DNA of 64,000 bases, taken from contig CM000151.3 of the NCBI GenBank assembly GCA_000004695.1, forward strand, positions 96,001 to 160,000. Direction: 5' to 3'. Shown here piece after piece: positions 1-10,716 of the stretch. The position numbers were made by a program, and so were the translations under genes. Source of the DNA: Dictyostelium discoideum (taxonomy: Eukaryota). Below the pieces are notes generated by a model. The model did not search any database and was not told the DNA's origin. It worked only from the letters and a program-made list of their open reading frames with translations. Position 1 is the stretch's first letter. Each line of letters opens with the position of its first letter.

Positions 1-272
1 TTCTTTTCTAAACCATTTGTCCATAATTATATCTTCACCATGATCTTTTATTATTTCATATGAAATGAGTGGGGAAATAAAAAAATACCATTCTTTTGAA
101 ACCAAACATAAATTTAAAATTTCATCTTGGTAACAATAAAATTCCAATTTTGAATAATAAAAATTTTTATTAATATATTTTTTATTTTTTGGAATTAATA
201 AATAATTTATTAATAATATTATTATATCTTTTTCAATTATTTTTGTTAATTTTTTATTCATTTTTTAAAATT
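1..272 (-). CDS. F-box/LRR-like family protein, N-terminal fragment cut by the window edge. This is a tandem copy of the 1475..3331 gene.
   Basis: 1..560 is nearly identical to 3060..3620. Minus-strand translation matches the N-terminus of the 618-aa ORF (MNKKLTKLIEKD...DEVLNLCLVSKEWYF). The gene body lies off-window. Confidence 0.45.
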
Positions 273-735
273 ATTCAAGTTTGGAAAATGTTTAATATTT
301 TAAAATTTCACTTGTTTTTTTACTTAATATATTTAATTGAAAAAATACTGTTTCTTAAAATAGATTTTAAATTGATTTTTTTAATTAATTTCAAAAAAAA
401 AAAAAAAAAAAAAAAAAACATTTTATAATTTAAAAAAAAACTATTGTAAATTAAAAAATAATAAAAAAAAATCAAATTTAAAAAATTTATTACAGATCTG
501 AATTTTATTGGAAATAAAAAAAACTGATGGGTTTTTATTTGAAATTAATTATTTTTATTATTTTTTATTTTTTTTTAAATTTTTATTCCAAATTATGTGT
601 ATCTTAAAAGAAAAAAAAGAAAAAAAATTTTGAGAAAAATTAAAATTTCCTTTTTAAGTTTTTTATCTATTGTGCACTCTTTTTTTAAAAAAATTGATAA
701 TTGGATATTATTTAATTTTAAATTATTTTTATAAT

Positions 736-770
<35 letters not shown>

Positions 771-1339
771 AAGGCAAGACAAGGGTAAAAAAAAAAAAAC
801 TTTAAGTTATAATTTGTAAGGGTGTAACATTCCCAATACAAGAAGTTAATTATTTATATATATCTATATAGGGGTTTTTATAGTATTATGTGCTATAGCA
901 TTTTAATTCTTATTTTCTAAAATTAATATTAATTATTTCTCTGAATAATTAATTCTTTTTAAATTAATTTCTCATTAATTTCTCATTAATTTTTTTTCAA
1001 TATTTTAAAACTATTTATACTAAAATCTATTAACCTCTTTGGTCTTATATTTGAAAAATCTTAAAAATTAAAATAAATAAAATAATTTAATTTAAATATA
1101 ATTAATTATTATATTATGGAAATGTTTAAACATTACATTTAATATAATTTTAATTAAATTAACCCATTTGAAATTTCAATAGAATAAACATTAATTAATA
1201 GAATATTTTAATGTTATAACAAGATATTTTTGACCTCTGGTTACAGTAGGTGTAAAAATTTCAGCATTAAAGTGGTGAAAAGTTATTATTATGCCTTTAA
1301 GAAACTGTAAAAGATATTGTTTGCTAAGGTTAAAAATTA

Positions 1340-1474
1340 AAAAATTATGCTCCTAGACACAAAGTAATTTATTATAATTTTATATATAATTATAATTTAA
1401 TATATATAATTATAATTTTATCAATTTAGATTTTAAAAATATATTTTTTTTTTTTCTATTTATTTGTTAAGCAA
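1340..1474 (-). repeat. 3' flank of the family gene containing an 18-bp tandem repeat (tatatataattataattt) present in 2 copies; the paralogous flank at 9105..9180 has 3 copies
   Basis: Direct comparison of 1375..1420 with 9110..9180. Confidence 0.5.
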
Positions 1475-3331
1475 TCAAGAAAATTCCTCTAAGGGTGGAT
1501 AATTTTTACCAAAATAAAAAGATACTAATGTTTTATTTTCACTTTTGTTATTGTTGATGGTAGCTTGAATTTGTTTTTTTAAATCTTGAATTTTATCTAT
1601 AATTTGTCTTTTATTTACTATACGATAATAATCATGATATGGAAAATCTAAAATCAATTCATTTATTGAGATTGAGTTTGGTGATTGAAATAATGAAATT
1701 ACATCATCATAATTATCAAATATATCTATTGGTAATTGAATTGAATAAAGTGTTGTATTTGGATACTTTTTCATACAATTTAAAATGAAAGAAATCCATT
1801 TAATATTTGAATATAAATCAGTTTTATCAACAGAAAATTTGATTCTTCTAATTGATGAATAATTATACATTATATTTAATGATGATGAAGATGATGATGA
1901 TGAGGATAATGAATCATTTTTAGAAAATATATCAGAAAATAAATATTCAATTATTGATGTAGAGAATGAAGGTCCTATTGAAAAATTATTTATAACTAAT
2001 GTTTTAATCGTTGAATTAAATAGTAAAGCTGAAAATGAATTTGGAGAAACACTACAATCAATATTTATTAATCTTAAAAATTTAATGGTTTTATTATTTT
2101 TAATAAGATTATAAAATCCATCTGATATACATTTGATTGTATTTTCATTTAATTCTAAATTTGAATATTCATAACATTTTATTGGGTCTAGAAAGTATTC
2201 GCATGGAAAATTTGAAATGGTTAGATTCACAATTGATGTATTATTAGAAAGTGTGACTATCAATTCATTCCATTCTTTGGAAATATTTTTTGAAAGATTA
2301 TCTCCATTAAAACATTGTTTAGTTATTTTACATCCATGATAATGTTTGTTTATTAAATGAAATGGTACCTGAATTGCAAGTGTTTTTAAAGTTGGACATC
2401 TTTTATTCAAAGATATCAAAGCACCTGGTTGTAATGTACTTGCATGTAATGAAGAAGGACAAGAATAAAGTTTTAAATGTTTTAATTGAGTTAGATCATT
2501 ATTAACTAAATGACTAAATTGTAAACCATCAATTTTTAATTCAATTACTTTATTAAAATTATCAAATTTACAAAAACAATATATAAATTGGAGACTGTAA
2601 AAATATTTATCAATAAACGAATTACATGGTAACTTTTTCCAAAACTTTAATTCTACACCTAAAGGTTTATTAAGACATGCAATTTCAGACAGTAATTGAC
2701 GATTTGGAATGGGTGGAAATGTGCATGTTGCTTCATATTTCATTTCATTTACACAAATGAAAGATACTCTTTTAAAATTGTTATATTTTTCTGTATCTGG
2801 ATAATTTTTACCATAACTTTTTATAATTATAATATTATTACTAAAAAAGTCTGAAATTATTTCTTTTTTAATTTTAATAATTGACCAATTTTTATTTATA
2901 ATTAATTTAAAAATTTTATTCAAACTTTGGCTTAAACTATATTTTGAAATTGACAATACTGATATATAAATTGGTTCGTTTTTTAAATATCTACTTGGCC
3001 CAATGCTTTCAATTGAATTATTTATGTTTGAAACATTTTTAAATTGTTCTATATATTGATTTTGATACAATTCTTTTCTAAACCATTTGTCCATAATTAT
3101 ATCTTCACCATGATCTTTTATTATTTCATATGAAATGAGTGGGGAAATTAAAAAATACCATTCTTTTGAAACCAAACATAAATTTAAAACTTCATCTTGG
3201 TAATAATATAATCCCAATTTTGAATAATAAAAATTTTTATTTACATATTTTTTATTTTTTGGAATTAAAAAATAATTTATTAATAAAATTATTATATCTT
3301 TTTCAATTAATTTTGTTAATTTTTTATTCAT
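1475..3331 (-). CDS. F-box-like/leucine-rich-repeat (RNI-like) family protein, the intact 618-aa copy of a locally repeated family
   Basis: Single uninterrupted ORF. N-terminal F-box-like motif (DEVLNLCLVSKEWYFLISPL). Central repeats of LxxLxL type (LKHLKLYSCPSSL..LKTLAIQV..). Poly-Ser tract. Fragments of the same sequence recur at 1..272, 4020..4238, 9065..9540 and 9541..10310. Confidence 0.6.
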   Translation of the reverse strand: MNKKLTKLIEKDIIILLINYFLIPKNKKYVNKNFYYSKLGLYYYQDEVLNLCLVSKEWYFLISPLISYEIIKDHGEDIIMDKWFRKELYQNQYIEQFKNVSNINNSIESIGPSRYLKNEPIYISVLSISKYSLSQSLNKIFKLIINKNWSIIKIKKEIISDFFSNNIIIIKSYGKNYPDTEKYNNFKRVSFICVNEMKYEATCTFPPIPNRQLLSEIACLNKPLGVELKFWKKLPCNSFIDKYFYSLQFIYCFCKFDNFNKVIELKIDGLQFSHLVNNDLTQLKHLKLYSCPSSLHASTLQPGALISLNKRCPTLKTLAIQVPFHLINKHYHGCKITKQCFNGDNLSKNISKEWNELIVTLSNNTSIVNLTISNFPCEYFLDPIKCYEYSNLELNENTIKCISDGFYNLIKNNKTIKFLRLINIDCSVSPNSFSALLFNSTIKTLVINNFSIGPSFSTSIIEYLFSDIFSKNDSLSSSSSSSSSLNIMYNYSSIRRIKFSVDKTDLYSNIKWISFILNCMKKYPNTTLYSIQLPIDIFDNYDDVISLFQSPNSISINELILDFPYHDYYRIVNKRQIIDKIQDLKKQIQATINNNKSENKTLVSFYFGKNYPPLEEFS

Positions 3332-3687
3332 TTTTTAAAATCATTCACCTATTGAATAAAAAAAAAAAAACTTTTAAAAATTTTAAAAAATTATAGTAAA
3401 TCACTCAAATAAAAAAAAACTAATAAAAAAAATCATTTAAGTTTATTATAGATCTGTAATATATTGGTATTAAAAAAATTAAAGGGTCTTTTTATTTGGA
3501 AGGAATTATTTTTTTTTTTTTTAATATATTCCAAAATTATCTATTTTTAAAGAAAAAAAAAAAAAAAAATTGATAAAAATAGAAATTTCCTTTCAACTTT
3601 ATCTATTATCTGCTCTTTATTTAAAAAATTGATAATTTTTAAATTTAAATTATTTTAGTAATAATATTTTTTTGTTTTTTTTTTTTT

Positions 3688-3718
<31 letters not shown>

Positions 3719-3745
3719 GTTTAAATTCGTTTTAATTTCTTTTTG

Positions 3746-3776
<31 letters not shown>

Positions 3777-3809
3777 TAAAAGAAAGAAAAGAAAAGAAAG
3801 AAAAGAAAG

Positions 3810-3840
<31 letters not shown>

Positions 3841-4019
3841 AAAAGAAATAAAAGAACAGAAAATAAAAGAAAAGAAAAAAAAACATGCTCAGAGCCTAAC
3901 TAAAAATAAATAAATAAATATACAAAAATAAAAAAGAATAATAAAAGAAAAATAGTAATAAAATTGCTTTTTTAAAATTTTTAATTTATTAAAAATAAAA
4001 TTTTTAAACTCTTTATTTA

Positions 4020-5000
4020 TTATTTTCTTCGATTAAATAAACAAATTGAATATATTTTCCTATTACAATTAAAATTATTAATCAAGAAAAGTGGATAATT
4101 TTTACCAAAATAAAAAGATACAAATGTTTTATTATCTTTTTTGTTATTGTTGTTGATGGTCGTTTGAATTTGTTTTTTTAAATCTTGAATTTTATCTATA
4201 ATTTGTCTTTGATTTGCTAGATCGAACCATTGCATCATATCAAAATTTTGCTCGGAATTGATAAAATTATTATGTGAACAGACACGAAATATGTTCGTTA
4301 TACAATTTAAAAAAATAATGCAGTTTCTACTATTATTATTATTATTATCATTACCAATGTTATTTAAATAACATAATAATCCTTTAAAAATATTATCATT
4401 TTTTGGAATTTCATCTAACCCGATTGATTTCTCACCAAAATCAGTGTTATTTAATGATGTTTCTAATGATGTTGATGATGGTGAGTTTGATTTTTTTAAT
4501 TCTAATAGATATTTGATGATTTTATTTGAACCTGTCTCGATTGAATTTAAAAGATCTGTTTTTGTTGGTAATTGAATTCATTTATAAATAATTTATAAAT
4601 TTCTAAATTCTTTGATTGTATTATTGCAGTTGATACATAAATTGGTGAAGAGTAATAATACCTTTGAATTTTGAAAAAGTTTCTATAAAATTTGAAATCA
4701 TTTTTAATTATTTCAAACAATTTCTTTAAATAAATTAAATCTTTACGCCAACTAGATTGATCAGACTCTTTACGCCAACAAGTTTCACCAAATTCTAAAT
4801 ATCTACAATTTCTATAAACTTTTTCTTTTAAAATACTAATTTGATTTGAATCTATTAGTTTAGTTATTGACGATACTGAATCGTAACTAAATGAATATTG
4901 GTTATACATAAATGAGAATATCTTTTTATAAATTGCTTTATTTCTAAACAATTTCCAAAATAATATTTCAATTGGTTCTATATTATCTGTAATTGTTTAT
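4020..5000 (-). pseudogene. Degenerate short paralog of the family. It has a Y-type F-box-like N-terminus (ORF 4547..4951), then a frame switch into the family C-terminal tail (ORF 4020..4238, RQIIDKIQDLKKQIQ..VSFYFGKNYP).
   Basis: Two ORFs lie in different frames, joined by continuous homology. There is an in-frame TAA at 4997..4999 and an 11-nt deletion near 5140 relative to the copy at 10860. The C-terminal tail closely matches residues 560-618 of the 1475..3331 protein. Confidence 0.45.
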
Positions 5001-5360
5001 TTTATGATTTTATTGAATGAATTAGTATTTTCTTTTCGTTCATGTTCTTCTTCATATTCTCTTTTTCTTTTTTTTACAATTTTAATCCTTTCAATTATTT
5101 CTTGTTTATTTAAGTGATTTATTTCTATACAATATTTCTTTAATTGATTTTAAATTCTTTTTCTCTAATTCACAATTATTATCATTATCTTTATCATCTT
5201 ATTAATTAAAGATGATAAAAATATATAAATTATTTTTCATTGTTGTGGTGGTGGGGGAAATTAAAAAATAAAAAAAAAAAAATATAAAAAAATATAAAAA
5301 AAAAAAAATAAAATAAAACAAATAAAAAACATTTTTATGGTGTAACGGATTTTATTTAGT

Positions 5361-5391
<31 letters not shown>

Positions 5392-5456
5392 TTTTTTTTT
5401 TTTACTATTTCTTTGAAATTTCGTTGAATATTATTTTTAAACGAATTCTAATGACT

Positions 5457-5580
5457 ACATAACCCCTGTAAGCGGTTAGCAGCCCCTTGTAATCCTTACA
5501 ACCAGTGTAGCCCACAAATCCGGCTATTCGTCTTACAGTTCCTATTAGCCGCTTACAGGGTTACTTAGTCATTTTGCGCG
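5457..5580. other. GC-rich palindromic element in AT-rich spacer. Its inverted-repeat arms are 5461-5475 and 5549-5562. It contains CCTTACAACCA (5494-5504) and CCCACAA (5511-5517). The paralogous, internally deleted version is at 11207..11275.
   Basis: Read directly. Arm 1 is aaccc(c)tgtaagcgg. Arm 2 is ccgcttacagggtt, the reverse complement with one bulge. The element is flanked by >90% AT sequence. Confidence 0.3.
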
Positions 5581-6029
5581 TTGGCGGTGTAATTAATATT
5601 TATTTATATTTTTATTATTCGCTGGAAAAAATTCATTATTTTATTAGATATTTTATGATACGTAATTTCTCATATATCTAATAAAATATTGAATTTTCTA
5701 AAATTTTTTTTTCCAGCGAATAATAAAAAAAAAAAAACTGTTTTGGTTAACCATGGGGTGATTTATTGTAATTTTTTAATAATTTTAGTTCTGTTTTTTT
5801 TTTTTAAATGGAGATATCAGAGAGATTATTATGATATTTTGAATAATTGGATCATAGTAATAAACAATATTTTTAATTTTTTTCTTTTTTTTTTTCTTTT
5901 CATTCTTTTTTTTTTTCTTTTCATTCTTTTTTTTTTAGTACTTAATCTTTATTTTTTTCATCTTTCAAAATAAAAAAAAATATTTATATAAATTTTAACT
6001 TTAAATTAAATAAATAAATAAATTTTAGA

Positions 6030-6452
6030 ATGACTGAAGAAGTGCATAAATTGAAAATTACAATATTTACTGATAAAGGGAGATCAACAATAAGTGGTGG
6101 AGGTAAGTTAATTAGAATTATTAATTTATAAATATTTAATTTTGGTTTATATATTAAAAAATGTAACATTTAATTTCATTCTTCTGGCTTTTTTAAAAAT
6201 ATAGATTTTCCTCTACCTGTATTACCTTATCCTGCACCATATACTTTTAGATTATTTGATTACGAAATTGAAGGCCCAAATTTAACCAATAAAGAATTTA
6301 AAGTAAAAACAGGTAAAATTGAATACAAAGGAGAAGAATTTGATATTCCTTCATCATCTAAGGGCTCATGGAGAGGAGTAGATGAAGAAATGGATTTAAT
6401 CTATGTTACAATATATCCAAGTAGACAACCAAAAAAAGTTTTTCATTATTAG
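6030..6452 (+). CDS. Small conserved hypothetical protein (106 aa), paralog 1. Exons 6030..6102 and 6205..6452.
   Basis: ATG, then GTAAGT donor at 6103, acceptor ...aaaatatag at 6204 in phase 1, stop TAG 6450-6452. Protein: MTEEVHKLKITIFTDKGRSTISGGG/DFPLPVLPYPAPYTFRLFDYEIEGPNLTNKEFKVKTGKIEYKGEEFDIPSSSKGSWRGVDEEMDLIYVTIYPSRQPKKVFHY. An identical exon/intron structure is at 11780..12202. Confidence 0.5.
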
Positions 6453-6762
6453 ATCTTAAAAACAGATCTGAAACAATTAAAACAAAAATAAAAAATTTTA
6501 AAATTTTATATAAAAAAATAATTATGATTAAAAAAAAAATATGTGTGGAAAAAAAAAAAAATTAAAAATTAAAAATATATTTGTTTATGGTGTTATGTTT
6601 TTTGGTAAGGTTTAAAGTGATCAAAAAATTATCATTCAAACTTGTAAAAAAACAATAATAATAAATAATAATTTAAAAACAAAATAAAGATTAATTTGCA
6701 TTATCCAATTTTTTTTTTTTTTTTTTTTTTTTTGATTTTGTTTAATTTGATTCGATTCTATT

Positions 6763-6792
6763 TGATTTGATTTGATTTGATTTGATTTGATT

Positions 6793-6796
<4 letters not shown>
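6763..6796. repeat. (GATTTG)n hexanucleotide microsatellite flanked by long poly(T); the paralogous array is at 12815..12852
   Basis: Direct reading. The ORFs 6758..6976(-) and 12810..13013(-) are translations of this repeat plus poly(A). Confidence 0.7.
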
Positions 6797-6844
<48 letters not shown>

Positions 6845-8157
6845 CATTATAATCTTTTTTCCAATTATTTCCATTATATATAAATATATTGGAAAATCTT
6901 CCATTTTCCATTTTCCGCCATAATATGGATTTTTTTTTTCAGGAAATTGGCCAACACTATTGTATACTATATTCATAACAATCTGGAAGGTTGATGGCTA
7001 TATCAAGAGGATCATCAGAAGTCCATGGGAAGGGAATTTATTGGTTTCGGAAACATCATATGGATGAATGATACATTTGAAATTTAAAACATTATTATTA
7101 ATTGAGGCATTTTTATTAGATCGAGTTAAAATTTTATTGTGGAATTTTCATAATTAATGTGGAATTTTCCACTTTTTTTTTTTTTTTTAGAAATTTTTCA
7201 CCCCTACCCCTTTTCAATTTTATTTGAAAAATAGAATGTTGATATTTGATTTGATAATTTTCAAATTATTTATTAGTAATTGTAATTAATTGAAATAGAA
7301 ACCTTATTTTATTTTATTTTTTTTAAATATAATTACTGATAGTTTTGTACTGTAATTGGTAACTCTTTATTATTGTTTTGAAAAATGGATTATTAATACG
7401 ATTCAATTCTTCTTAATACTTATTATGACCTTTAATTTTAATTTCTTTAAAAAATATGTTTCTTGATTTTTGTTCTTGTTTTGTTGAAATATTATTTATT
7501 AAATTTTTAAATTCTTTAATAAATTCATCAACTAATTCCTTATCATTATATAATGTAAAAAAAAAAAAAAAACTCTGTTTATGACAACAAAACAGTCACA
7601 ATTTTTTTAACTATAAAACAAAAATTATTATCTTATTTTAAATTTTTACTTTATTTTTTTTCCATGCGGGTTCAAAAAAAAAGCTTTTTTTTTTTTTTTT
7701 TTTTTTAGTAAACAAAATTTTTTTTTTTTTTTTTTTTTTTTTTCGCACCCCTTCATTTACTTATTTTTCTTGTTGATATCATTAAAATCAATAGTTTTTT
7801 TCAAAATGTCAAAAAGAATTATTAATTTCAATTGGTTCATATAGATTGGGAAATTAATGAATCATTTAATAAAGACAATTATTAACTTTATTTATTTTAA
7901 ATTGTAGATATATTCTCAAATCCAAAAACAGGTATGGGTCATTCAAATGATGCTCTTTCACTTTTTATAAAAGCTTAAAGAGAGATTGGTTATTATCCAA
8001 ATATTGATAAAGCAATTTTCACAACTCCAGTCACAACTTTAGCTAAAACCACTATTGATTTAACTGCCCATGTTATAACTATATTAATGTGGTGTTGAGA
8101 TCATTACAAACTATGAAGTATTTCTAGGAAAGAGATGAAGGTACTAACAAGATCTTA

Positions 8158-9064
8158 CTTTTCAAAAAGTTGATTTAACATTGACTCTTTAATAAATTGA
8201 ACATCTTCATTTGTTTCAAATAAGACAAGATCAAAAAATACTACTTTAATAACATTATTGGGATCCAAATATTTACCAACGTGGCATTTTTTTAAATCTT
8301 GGGTGATGAAATTTCATTTTAGAGAGTTTATCGATTGTATTGGTTACTAAAGCAATAAAATCTTGATTTTTCCAATCATTGTGAGAAGCTGGTGATACAT
8401 ATGGCATCATTAAAGCTGGCTTGGAGTTCCAAGTTCCAACCTATTATAAATATATATATTAATAATTGTTTTGATTTATACCACCATTTTTAACTTTGAA
8501 ATAAAAATTACCATAAATACTTACATGTGCACCCAAACCCCAAAGTTCTCTCCACTTTTCACACTCTTTGATCAATTCGTTTTCTGGTTTAATATTACAT
8601 TTTGAGAATTTTAATACGAAAACATGTCCTTCCAAAATACCAAAAAAGACACAACATAACCATACTCTTCCATGTTCTCCTCCTTTTAAATCATATAATA
8701 AAACACATGCCTTAACTAATTTCAATGGGGTATCTATAAAATAATGTAATTTTTTGATATTAATGTTGACCCAAAACCATGAAGATTGAACTACTTGTAT
8801 ATACATTCTTTTTACATCAAGTAAAGGAATTTCTGATTTTCTTCTAGAGTAATACATCTTCATCAATACAGAGTATAAAACTTTTGGTAATTGTTGATCT
8901 GAATATTTAAAAACCTTTGAGCCATATAAAATACGTTTACAGTGAGTTGGTGGTATAATATCATTATAATCGTTCGTTATTGTGGAATTTTGTAAATTTG
9001 AGGTTGATGTTAAAGTATCTGGTTTCTGAAGAGTTGTAGTAGTTGATTCATTTGATAATTCCAA
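8158..9064 (-). pseudogene. Copy A of a duplicated unknown-family gene, the 'Z' family. It is 5'-truncated at the junction with the inserted family-gene fragment at ~9078 and carries a 1-nt insertion.
   Basis: ORF 8459..9064 is homologous to 15380..16010. The donor GTAAGT after ..GLGAH is near 8508. The next exon (VGTWNSKPALMMPYVSPAS..) loses frame at caccCaag near 8312, relative to copy B. Confidence 0.5.
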
Positions 9065-9540
9065 TTTGGGAGCTTGAGCAGACTATGCTCCTAGACACAA
9101 AGTAATTTATTATAGTTTTATATATAATTATAATTTTATATATATAATTATAATTTTATATATATAATTATAATTTTATCAATTTAGATATTAAAAATAT
9201 ATTTTTTTTTTTTCTATTTATTTGTTAAGCAATCAAGAAAATTCCTCTAAGGGTGGATAATTTTTACCAAAATAAAAAGATACTAATGTTTTATTTTCAC
9301 TTTTGTTATTGTTGATGGTAGCTTGAATTTGTTTTTTTAAATCTTGAATTTTATCTATAATTTGTCTTTTATTTACTATGCGATAATAATCATGATATGG
9401 AAAATCTAAAATCAATTCATTTATTTAAATTGAGTTTGGTGATTGAAATAATGAAATTACATCATCATAATTATCAAATATATCTATTGGTAATTGAATT
9501 GAATAAAGTGTTGTATTTGGATACTTTTTCATACAATTTA
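9065..9540 (-). pseudogene. C-terminal ~100 codons plus 3' flank of an F-box/LRR-like family copy (corresponds to 1340..1800)
   Basis: ORF 9233..9415 is identical in sequence to the C-terminus of the 618-aa protein. The flank carries three copies of the 18-bp repeat. Confidence 0.55.
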
Positions 9541-10310
9541 AAATGAATGAAATGAAATATGAAGCAACATGCACATTTCACCCCATTCCAAATCGTCAAT
9601 TACTGTCTGAAATTGCATGTCTTAATAAACCTTTAGGTGTAGAATTAAAGTTTTGGAAAAAGTTACCATGTAATTCGTTTATTGATAAATATTTTTACAG
9701 TCTCCAATTTATATATTGTTTTTGTAAATTTGATAATTTTAATAAAGTAATTGAATTAAAAATTGATGGTTTACAATTTAGTCATTTAGTTAATAATGAT
9801 CTAACTCAATTAAAACATTTAAAACTTTATTCTTGTCCTTCTTCATTACATGCAAGTACATTACAACCAGGTGCTTTGATATCTTTGAATAAAAGATGTC
9901 CAACTTTAAAAACACTTGCAATTCAGGTACCATTTCATTTAATAAACAAACATTATCATGGATGTAAAATAACTAAACAATGTTTTAATGGAGATAATCT
10001 TTCAAAAAATATTTCCAAAGAATGGAATGAATTGATAGTCACACTTTCTAATAATACATCAATTGTGAATCTAACCATTTCAAATTTTCCATGCGAATAT
10101 TTTCTAGACCCAATAAAATGTTATCAATATTCAAATTTAGAATTTAATGAAAATACAATCAAATGTATATCAGATGGATTTTATAATCTTATTAAAAATA
10201 ATAAATCCATAAAATTTTTAAGATTAATAAATATTGATTGTAGTGTTTCTCCAAATTCATTTTCAGCTTTACTATTTAATTCAACGATTAAAACATTAGT
10301 TATAAATAAT
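9541..10310 (+). pseudogene. Internal segment of the same family gene in inverted orientation (corresponds to the reverse complement of ~1985..2760), fused head-to-head to the 9065..9540 fragment
   Basis: ORF 9543..10385(+) translates to MNEMKYEATCTF..., which is residues ~190-450 of the 1475..3331 protein but on the opposite strand. The junction at 9540 reads aaaatgaatgaaatgaaatatg. Confidence 0.55.
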
Positions 10311-10716
10311 TTTCTAAATTCTTTGATTGTATTATTGCAGTTGATACATAAATTGGTGAAGAGTAATAATACCTTTGAATTTTGAAAAAGTTTCTATAAA
10401 ATTTGAAATCATTTTTAATTATTTCAAATAATTTCTTTAAATAAATTAAAATTAAATCTTTACGCCAACTAGATTGATCAGACTCTTTACGCCAACAAGT
10501 TTCACCAAATTCTAAATATCTACAATTTCTATAAACTTTTTCTTTTAAAATACTAATTTGATTTGAATCTATTAGTTTAGTTATTGACGATACTGAATCG
10601 TAACTAAATGAATATTGGTTATACATAAATGAGAATATCTTTTTATAAATTGCTTTATTTCTAAACAATTTCCAAAATAATATTTCGATTGGTTCTATAT
10701 TATCTGTAATTGTTTA
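10311..10716 (-). pseudogene. Copy B of the Y-type F-box-like fragment; carries the same in-frame TAA (10714..10716) as copy A
   Basis: ORF 10300..10668 is ~97% identical to 4547..4951. The TAA shared by both copies places the nonsense mutation before the duplication. Confidence 0.45.

Larger units (their letters stand above)
4240..9078. repeat. Segmental duplication copy A (paralogous to 10310..16020)
   Basis: Collinear near-identical blocks: 4547-4951~10300-10668; 5440-5580~11190-11280; 6030-6452~11780-12202; 6757-6800~12790-12855; 7000-7100~13040-13135; 7780-8060~13960-14240; 8080-9064~15000-16010. Copy B carries extra insertions. Confidence 0.8.

Noticed and set aside
189-428. Plus-strand ORFs 189..428 and 3139..3396 (MELINNLLIILLYLF.., ..LLIKLLYLFQLILL..)
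   Set aside because: Antisense translations of the N-terminal region of the minus-strand F-box/LRR gene copies; Leu/Phe/Ile-rich as expected for antisense AT-rich DNA.
1475-3331. Possibility that the repeated 618-aa gene is a transposon ORF
   Set aside because: No reverse transcriptase, integrase, transposase or terminal repeats. The protein is an F-box/LRR-type cellular protein, and copies are fragments joined by illegitimate recombination rather than bounded insertions.
3650-3886. Poly-Phe/Lys ORFs in homopolymer tracts (3650..3886, 593..841, 5689..5973, 12345..12590, 20399..20635, 20792..21150, 25914..26138, 26301..26516, 30967..31221, 33720..33926, 52887..53075)
   Set aside because: Translations of poly(T)/poly(A) and simple-sequence spacer; no codon structure, no homology.
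5457-5580. GC-rich island as a tRNA gene
   Set aside because: No cloverleaf could be drawn: no GTGGnnTAG-type A box or GGTTCGAnnCC-type B box, and no acceptor-stem complementarity; the long terminal inverted repeat is incompatible with a tRNA.
7000-7100. GC-normal 100-bp segment (..TIWKVDGYIKRIIRSPWEGNLLVSETSYG*) conserved in both duplicates after a ttttttttcag acceptor
   Set aside because: Possibly a terminal exon of an unidentified gene, but no upstream exons could be linked and there is no recognisable homology; conservation is explained by the segmental duplication itself.
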